From NCBI GenBank assembly GCA_964057225.1, contig OZ059899.1:1674001-1738000 (forward strand): a stretch of DNA of 64,000 nucleotides, written 5' to 3'. Shown piece after piece: positions 55,601 to 64,000 of this stretch (position 1 is its first letter; each line of letters begins with the position of its first letter). Both the position numbers and the translations under genes were made by a program. The notes below the pieces were generated by a model, which worked only from the letters and a program-made list of their open reading frames with translations, did no database searches and was not told the DNA's origin. Origin of the DNA: Auanema rhodensis (lineage: Eukaryota > Animalia > Nematoda).

Positions 55601-57348
55601 AATTTAGCAAAAAGTAGATGTTTTTAGATTCCATTTTTCAAGGCAAAGACGATGGACAATGTTATTCAACGAAAAAAATAATTCTTCAGGGTGAAAATCG
55701 AGGATATAAGTGTGAACTTATATCAGTTGATATCTCGGTGCATTTTTAAGCTAGCGCAAATCTGATAACACAGATCGACGCAACTTAAAAATCCGCATCG
55801 AATGCACTATACTACATTGAGAAACGCTTGATACAAAAATTAGTTATGATCGTTTGAAAAATGATGCATTAGTGTATGTTGAGTTTCCATGTACACTCAA
55901 CATTGCTTCCAAAAACATTTTGACAAAAATTTTTTCGAAAAATTTCAAAATAATTTAGCAAAAAGTAGATGTTTTTAAATTCTTTTTTTCAAGGCAAAGA
56001 CGATGAACAATGTTATTCAACGAAAAAATCAATTCTTCAGGGTGAAAATCGAGGATATAAGTGTGAACTTATATCAGTTGATATCTCGGTGCATTTTTAA
56101 GCTAGCGCAAATCTGATAACACAGATCGACGCAGCTTAAAAATCCGCATCAAATGCACTATACTACATTGAGAAACGCTTGATACAAAAATTAGTTATGA
56201 TCGTTTGAAAAATGATGCATTAGTGTATGTTGAGTTTCCATGTACACTCAACATTGCTTCCAAAAACATTTTGACAAAAATTTTTTCGAAAAATTTCAAA
56301 TAAATTTAGCAAAAAGTAGATGTTTTTAGATTCCATTTCTCAAGGCAAAGACGATGGACAATGTTATTCAACGAAAAAATTAATTCTTCAGGGTGAAAAT
56401 TGAGGATATAAGTGTGAACTTATATCAGTTGATATCTCGGTGCATTTTTAAGCTAGCGCAAATCTGATAACACAGATCGACGCAGCTTAAAAATCCGCAT
56501 CGAATGCACTATACTACATTGAGAAACGCTTAATACAAAAATTAGTTATGATCGTTTGAAAAATGATGCATTAGTGTATGTTGAGTTTCCATGTACACTC
56601 AACATTGCTTCCAAAAACATTTTGACAAAACTTTTTTTGAAAAATTTCAAAATAATTTAGCAAAAAGTAGATGTTTTTAGATTCCGTTTTTCAAGGCAAA
56701 GACGATGGACAATGTTATTCAACGAAAAAATTAATTCTTCAGGGTGAAAATCGAGGATATAAGTGTGAACTTATATCAGTTGATATCTCGGTGCATTTTT
56801 AAGCTACCGCAAATCTGATAACACAGATCGACGCAGCTTAAAAATCCATATCAAATGCACTATACTACATTGAGAAACGCTTGATACAAAAATTAGTTAT
56901 GATCGTTTGAAAAATGATGCATTAGTGTATGTTGAGTTTCCATGTACACTCAACATTGCTTCCAAAAACATTTTGACAAAAATTTTTTCCAAAAATTTCA
57001 AAATAATTTAGCAAAAAGTAGATGTTTTTAGATTCCATTTTACAAGGCAAAGACGATGGACAATGTTATTCAACGAAAAAAATAATTCTTCAGGGTGAAA
57101 ATCGAGGATATAAGTGTGAACTTATATCAGTTGATATCTCGGTGCATTTTTAAGCTACCGCAAATCTGATAACACAGATCGACGCAGCTTAAAAATCCAT
57201 ATCAAATGCACTATACTACATTGAGAAACGCTTGATACAAAAATTAGTTATGATCGTTTGAAAAATGATGCATTAGTGTATGTTGAGTTTCCATGTACAC
57301 TCAACATTGCTTCCAAAAACATTTTGACAAAAATTTTTTCCAAAAATT
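46684..57348 (+). repeat. Regular 6-mer higher-order repeat (T-G-S-H-P-C, 2106 bp), about five copies, with a 12-mer superstructure
   Basis: T-type monomers start at 46684, 48790, 51031, 53137, 55243. Private variant GCGAAAAG at 47050, 51397, 53503; TTTTCAAGCT at 48943, 55396. Confidence 0.88.
50545..50752 (+). repeat. Truncated monomer and only register break in the array (monomer positions 1-206, filler CG, then resumes at monomer position 74)
   Basis: Junction reads AAAAATCCATATC-CG-CAACGAAAAAAATAATTC at 50738-50770. Downstream monomer starts (51031, 54541, 61561) are shifted by +135 relative to upstream. Confidence 0.95.
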
Positions 57349-60156
57349 TCGAAATAATTTAGCAAAAAGTAGATGTTTTTAGATTCCATTTTACAAGGCA
57401 AAGACGATGGACAATGTTATTCAACGAAAAAAATAATTCTTCAGGGTGAAAATCGAGGATATAAGTGTGAACTTATATCAGTTGATATCTCGGTGCATTT
57501 TTAAGCTAGCGCAAATCTGATAACACAGATCGACGCAGCTTAAAAATCCGCATCGAATGCACTATACTACATTGAGAAAAACTTAATACAAAAATTAGTT
57601 ATGCTCGTTTGAAAAATGATGCATTAGTGTATGTTGAGTTTCCATGTACACTCAACATTGCTTCCAAAAACATTTTGACAAAAATTTTTTCGAAAAATTT
57701 CAAAATAATTTAGCAAAAAGTAGATGTTTTTAGATTCCATTTTTCAAGGCAAAGACGATGGACAATGTTATTCAACGAAAAAAATAATTCTTCAGGGTGA
57801 AAATCGAGGATATAAGTGTGAACTTATATCAGTTGATATCTCGGTGCATTTTTAAGCTAGCGCAAATCTGATAACACAGATCGACGCAGCTTAAAAATCC
57901 GCATCGAATGCACTATACTACATTGAGAAACGCTTGATACAAAAATTAGTTAAGATCGTTTGAAAAATGATGCATTAGTGTATGTTGAGTTTCCATGTAC
58001 ACTCAACATTGCTTCCAAAAACATTTTGACAAAAATTTTTTCGAAAAATTTCAAAATAATTTAGCAAAAAGTAGATGTTTTTAGATTCCATTTTTCAAGG
58101 CAAAGACGATGGACAATGTTATTCAACGAAAAAAATAATTCTTCAGGGTGAAAATCGAGGATATAAGTGTGAACTTATATCAGTTGATATCTCGGTGCAT
58201 TTTTAAGCTAGCGCAAATCTGATAACACAGATCGACGCAGCTTAAAAATCCGCATCGAATGCACTATACTACATTGAGAAACGCTTAATACAAAAATTAG
58301 TTATGATCGTTTGAAAAATGATGCATTAGTGTATGTTGAGTTTCCATGTACACTCAACATTGCTACCAAAAACATTTTGACAAAAATTTTTTTGAAAAAT
58401 TTCAGAATAATTTAGCAAAAAGTAGATGTTTTTAGATTCCATTTTTCAAGGCAAAGACGATGGACAATGTTATTCAACGAAAAAAATAATTCTTCAGGGT
58501 GAAAATCGAGGATATAAGTGTGAACTTATATCAGTTGATATCTCGGTGCATTTTCAAGCTAGCGCAAATCTGATAACACAGATCGACGCAGCTTAAAAAT
58601 CCGCATCGAATGCACTATACTACATTGAGAAAAACTTAATACAAAAATTAGTTATGATCGTTTGAAAAATGATGCATTAGTGTATGTTGAGTTTCCATGT
58701 ACACTCAACATTGCTTCCAAAAACATTTTGACAAAAATTTTTTCGAAAAATTTCGAAATAATTTAGCAAAAAGTAGATGTTTTTAGATTCCATTTTTCAA
58801 GGCAAAGACGATGGACAATGTTATTCAACGAAAAAAATAATTCTTCAGGGTGAAAATCGAGGATATAAGTGTGAACTTATATCAGTTGATATCTCGGTGC
58901 ATTTTTAAGCTAGCGCAAATCTGATAACACAGATCGACGCAACTTAAAAATCCGCATCGAATGCATTATACTACATTGAGAAACGCTTGATACAAAAATT
59001 AGTTATGATCGTTTGAAAAATGATGCATTAGTGTATGTTGAGTTTCCATGTACACTCAACATTGCTTCCAAAAACATTTTGACAAAAATTTTTTCGAAAA
59101 ATTTCAAAATAATTTAGCAAAAAGTAGATGTTTTTAAATTCTTTTTTTCAAGGCAAAGACGATGAACAATGTTATTCAACGAAAAAATCAATTCTTCAGG
59201 GTGAAAATCGAGGATATAAGTGTGAACTTATATCAGTTGATATCTCGGTGCATTTTTAAGCTAGCGCAAATCTGATAACACAGATCGACGCAGCTTAAAA
59301 ATCCGCATCAAATGCACTATACTACATTGAGAAACGCTTGATACAAAAATTAGTTATGATCGTTTGAAAAATGATGCATTAGTGTATGTTGAGTTTCCAT
59401 GTACACTCAACATTGCTTCCAAAAACATTTTGACAAAAATTTTTTCGAAAAATTTCAAAATAATTTAGCGAAAAGTAGATGTTTTTAGATTCCGTTTTTC
59501 AAGGCAAAGACGATGGACAATGTTATTCATCGAAAAAATTAATTCTTCAGGGTGAAAATCGAGGATATAAGTGTGAACTTATATCAATTGATATCTCGGT
59601 GCATTTTTAAGCTAGCGCAAATCTGATAACACAGATCGACGCAGCTTAAAAATCCGCATCGAATGCACTATACTACATTGAGAAACGCTTAATACAAAAA
59701 TTAGTTATGATCGTTTGAAAAATGATGCATTAGTGTATGTTGAGTTTCCATGTACACTCAACATTGCTACCAAAAACATTTTGACAAAAATTTTTTTGAA
59801 AAATTTCAGAATAATTTAGCAAAAAGTAGATGTTTTTAGATTCCATTTTTCAAGGCAAAGACGATGGACAATGTTATTCAACGAAAAAAATAATTCTTTA
59901 GGGTGAAAATCGAGGATATAAGTGTGAACTTATATCAGTTGATATCTCGGTGCATTTTTAAGCTAGCGCAAATCTGATAACACAGATCGACGCAGCTTAA
60001 AAATCCGCATCGAATGCACTATACTACATTGAGAAAAACTTAATACAAAAATTAGTTATGATCGTTTGAAAAATGATGCATTAGTGTATGTTGAGTTTCC
60101 ATGTACACTCAACATTGCTTCCAAAAACATTTTGACAAAAATTTTTTCGAAAAATT

Positions 60157-63100
60157 TCGAAATAATTTAGCAAAAAGTAGATGTTTTCAGATTCCATTTT
60201 TCAAGGCAAAGACGATGGACAATGTTATTCAACGAAAAAAATAATTCTTCAGGGTGAAAATCGAGGATATAAGTGTGAACTTATATCAGTTGATATCTCG
60301 GTGCATTTTTAAGCTAGCGCAAATCTGATAACACAGATCGACGCAACTTAAAAATCCGCATCGAATGCACTATACTACATTGAGAAACGCTTGATACAAA
60401 AATTAGTTATGATCGTTTGAAAAATGATGCATTAGTGTATGTTGAGTTTCCATGTACACTCAACATTGCTTCCAAAAACATTTTGACAAAAATTTTTTCG
60501 AAAAATTTCAAAATATATTAGCAAAAAGTAGATGTTTTTAAATTCTTTTTTTCAAGGCAAAGACGATGAACAATGTTATTCAACGAAAAAATCAATTCTT
60601 CAGGGTGAAAATCGAGGATATAAGTGTGAACTTATATCAGTTGATATCTCGGTGCATTTTTAAGCTAGCGCAAATCTGATAACACAGATCGACGCAGCTT
60701 AAAAATCCGCATCAAATGCACTATACTACATTGAGAAACGCTTGATACAAAAATTAGTTATGATCGTTTGAAAAATGATGCATTAGTGTATGTTGAGTTT
60801 CCATGTACACTCAACATTGCTTCCAAAAACATTTTGACAAAAATTTTTTCGAAAAATTTCAAATAAATTTAGCAAAAAGTAGATGTTTTTAGATTCCATT
60901 TCTCGAGGCAAAGACGATGGACAATGTTATTCAACGAAAAAATTAATTCTTCAGGGTGAAAATTGAGGATATAAGTGTGAACTTATATCAGTTGATATCT
61001 CGGTGCATTTTTAAGCTAGCGCAAATCTGATAACACAGATCGACGCAGCTTAAAAATCCGCATCAAATGCACTATACTACATTGAGAAACGCTTAATACA
61101 AAAATTAGTTATGATCGTTTGAAAAATGATGCATTAGTGTATGTTGAGTTTCCATGTACACTCAACATTGCTTCCAAAAACATTTTGACAAAAATTTTTT
61201 CGAAAAATTTCGAAATAATTTAGCAAAAAGTAGATGTTTTCAGATTCCATTTTTCAAGGCAAAGACGATGGACAATGTTATTCAACGAAAAAAATAATTC
61301 TTCAGGGTGAAAATCGAGGATATAAGTGTGAACTTATATCAGTTGATATCTCGGTGCATTTTTAAGCTAGCGCAAATCTGATAACACAGATCGACGCAAC
61401 TTAAAAATCCGCATCGAATGCACTATACTACATTGAGAAACGCTTGATACAAAAATTAGTTATGATCGTTTGAAAAATGATGCATTAGTGTATGTTGAGT
61501 TTCCATGTACACTCAACATTGCTTCCAAAAACATTTTGACAAAAATTTTTTCGAAAAATTTCAAAATATATTAGCAAAAAGTAGATGTTTTTAAATTCTT
61601 TTTTTCAAGGCAAAGACGATGAACAATGTTATTCAACGAAAAAATCAATTCTTCAGGGTGAAAATCGAGGATATAAGTGTGAACTTATATCAGTTGATAT
61701 CTCGGTGCATTTTTAAGCTAGCGCAAATCTGATAACACAGATCGACGCAGCTTAAAAATCCGCATCAAATGCACTATACTACATTGAGAAACGCTTGATA
61801 CAAAAATTAGTTATGATCGTTTGAAAAATGATGCATTAGTGTATGTTGAGTTTCCATGTACACTCAACATTGCTTCCAAAAACATTTTGACAAAAATTTT
61901 TTCGAAAAATTTCAAATAAATTTAGCAAAAAGTAGATGTTTTTAGATTCCATTTCTCAAGGCAAAGACGATGGACAATGTTATTCAACGAAAAAATTAAT
62001 TCTTCAGGGTGAAAATTGAGGATATAAGTGTGAACTTATATCAGTTGATATCTCGGTGCATTTTTAAGCTAGCGCAAATCTGATAACACAGATCGACGCA
62101 GCTTAAAAATCCGCATCGAATGCACTATACTACATTGAGAAACGCTTAATACAAAAATTAGTTATGATCGTTTGAAAAATGATGCATTAGTGTATGTTGA
62201 GTTTCCATGTACACTCAACATTGCTTCCAAAAACATTTTGACAAAACTTTTTTTGAAAAATTTCGAAATAATTTAGCAAAAAGTAGATGTTTTCAGATTC
62301 CATTTTTCAAGGCAAAGACGATGGACAATGTTATTCAACGAAAAAAATAATTCTTCAGGGTGAAAATCGAGGATATAAGTGTGAACTTATATCAGTTGAT
62401 ATCTCGGTGCATTTTTAAGCTAGCGCAAATCTGATAACACAGATCGACGCAACTTAAAAATCCGCATCGAATGCACTATACTACATTGAGAAACGCTTGA
62501 TACAAAAATTAGTTATGATCGTTTGAAAAATGATGCATTAGTGTATGTTGAGTTTCCATGTACACTCAACATTGCTTCCAAAAACATTTTGACAAAAATT
62601 TTTTCGAAAAATTTCAAAATATATTATCAAAAAGTAGATGTTTTTAAATTCTTTTTTTCAAGGCAAAGACGATGAACAATGTTATTCAACGAAAAAATCA
62701 ATTCTTCAGGGTGAAAATCGAGGATATAAGTGTGAACTTATATCAGTTGATATCTCGGTGCATTTTTAAGCTAGCGCAAATCTGATAACACAGATCGACG
62801 CAGCTTAAAAATCCGCATCAAATGCACTATACTACATTGAGAAACGCTTGATACAAAAATTAGTTATGATCGTTTGAAAAATGATGCATTAGTGTATGTT
62901 GAGTTTCCATGTACACTCAACATTGCTTCCAAAAACATTTTGACAAAAATTTTTTCGAAAAATTTCAAATAAATTTAGCAAAAAGTAGATGTTTTTAGAT
63001 TCCATTTCTCAAGGCAAAGACGATGGACAATGTTATTCAACGAAAAAATTAATTCTTCAGGGTGAAAATTGAGGATATAAGTGTGAACTTATATCAGTTG

Positions 63101-63315
63101 ATATCTCGGTGCATTTTTAAGCTAGCGCAAATCTGATAACACAGATCGACGCAGCTTAAAAATCCGCATCGAATGCACTATACTACATTGAGAAACGCTT
63201 AATACAAAAATTAGTTATGATCGTTTGAAAAATGATGCATTAGTGTATGTTGAGTTTCCATGTACACTCAACATTGCTTCCAAAAACATTTTGACAAAAC
63301 TTTTTTTGAAAAATT
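60157..63315 (+). repeat. 3-mer higher-order repeat (G-S-H) x3, 1053-bp period
   Basis: Variant TTTTCAGATT at 60188, 61241, 62294; AAAATATATTA variant in the S monomers starting at 60508, 61561, 62614. Confidence 0.88.
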
Positions 63316-64000
63316 TCAAAATAATTTAGCAAAAAGTAGATGTTTTTAGATTCCGTTTTTCAAGGCAAAGACGATGGACATTGTTATTCAACGAAAAAAT
63401 TAATTCTTCAGGGTGAAAATCGAGGATATAAGTGTGAACTTATATCAGTTGATATCTCGGTGCATTTTTAAGCTACCGCAAATCTGATAACACAGATCGA
63501 CGCAGCTTAAAAATCCGCATCGAATGCACTATACTACATTGAGAAACGCTTAATACAAAAATTAGTTATGATCGTTTGAAAAATGATGCATTAGTGTATG
63601 TTGAGTTTCCATGTACACTCAACATTGCTTCCAAAAACATTTTGACAAAACTTTTTTTGAAAAATTTCAAAATAATTTAGCAAAAAGTAGATGTTTTTAG
63701 ATTCCGTTTTTCAAGGCAAAGACGATGGACAATGTTATTCAACGAAAAAATTAATTCTTCAGGGTGAAAATCGAGGATATAAGTGTGAACTTATATCAGT
63801 TGATATCTCGGTGCATTTTTAAGCTACCGCAAATCTGATAACACAGATCGACGCAGCTTAAAAATCCGCATCAAATGCACTATACTACATTGAGAAACGC
63901 TTGATACAAAAATTAGTTATGATCGTTTGAAAAATGATGCATTAGTGTATGTTGAGTTTCCATGTACACTCAACATTGCTTCCAAAAACATTTTGACAAA

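Larger units (their letters stand above)
1..64000 (+). repeat. Tandem satellite DNA array, 351-bp monomer, about 182 copies, head-to-tail; runs off both window ends
   Basis: TCAAAATAATTTAGCAAAAAG-like start recurs at 1, 352, 703 and so on. Phase is exact at 7021, 14041, 21061, 28081, 35101, 42121, 49141 (multiples of 20x351). Copies differ by a few substitutions. Copy 1 has 108/351 G+C. Confidence 0.99.

Noticed and set aside
1-64000. Coding tandem repeat (351 bp = 117 codons)
   Set aside because: The ORF track shows no long ORF in any frame; stop codons recur in every monomer.
1-64000. CRISPR array or other repeat-spacer/cassette system
   Set aside because: No unique spacers or variable cassettes; the entire unit repeats, and there are no cas or recombinase genes.

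Overview
The whole 64 kb window is a single head-to-tail, same-orientation tandem array of an AT-rich 351-bp monomer (copy 1 is about 31% GC by hand count), about 182 copies. This is eukaryotic-type satellite DNA, probably centromeric or pericentromeric heterochromatin. I see no genes, RNA genes, transposons or CRISPR array, and the one ORF in the track comes from a single TAG>CAG change in one copy. The 351-bp period is exact except for one break at 50750-50753 (net -216 bp, with a 2-nt filler that looks templated). The monomer contains several stem-loops/dyads, and the two short hairpins are the least variable parts. About seven recurring monomer types (my labels C, T, G, S, H, P, D) are arranged in nested, shifting higher-order repeats (2-, 3-, 5/6- and 12-mers). 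I could not assign the family or organism, and I find no support for a new gene-encoded system; what is of interest is the array architecture.
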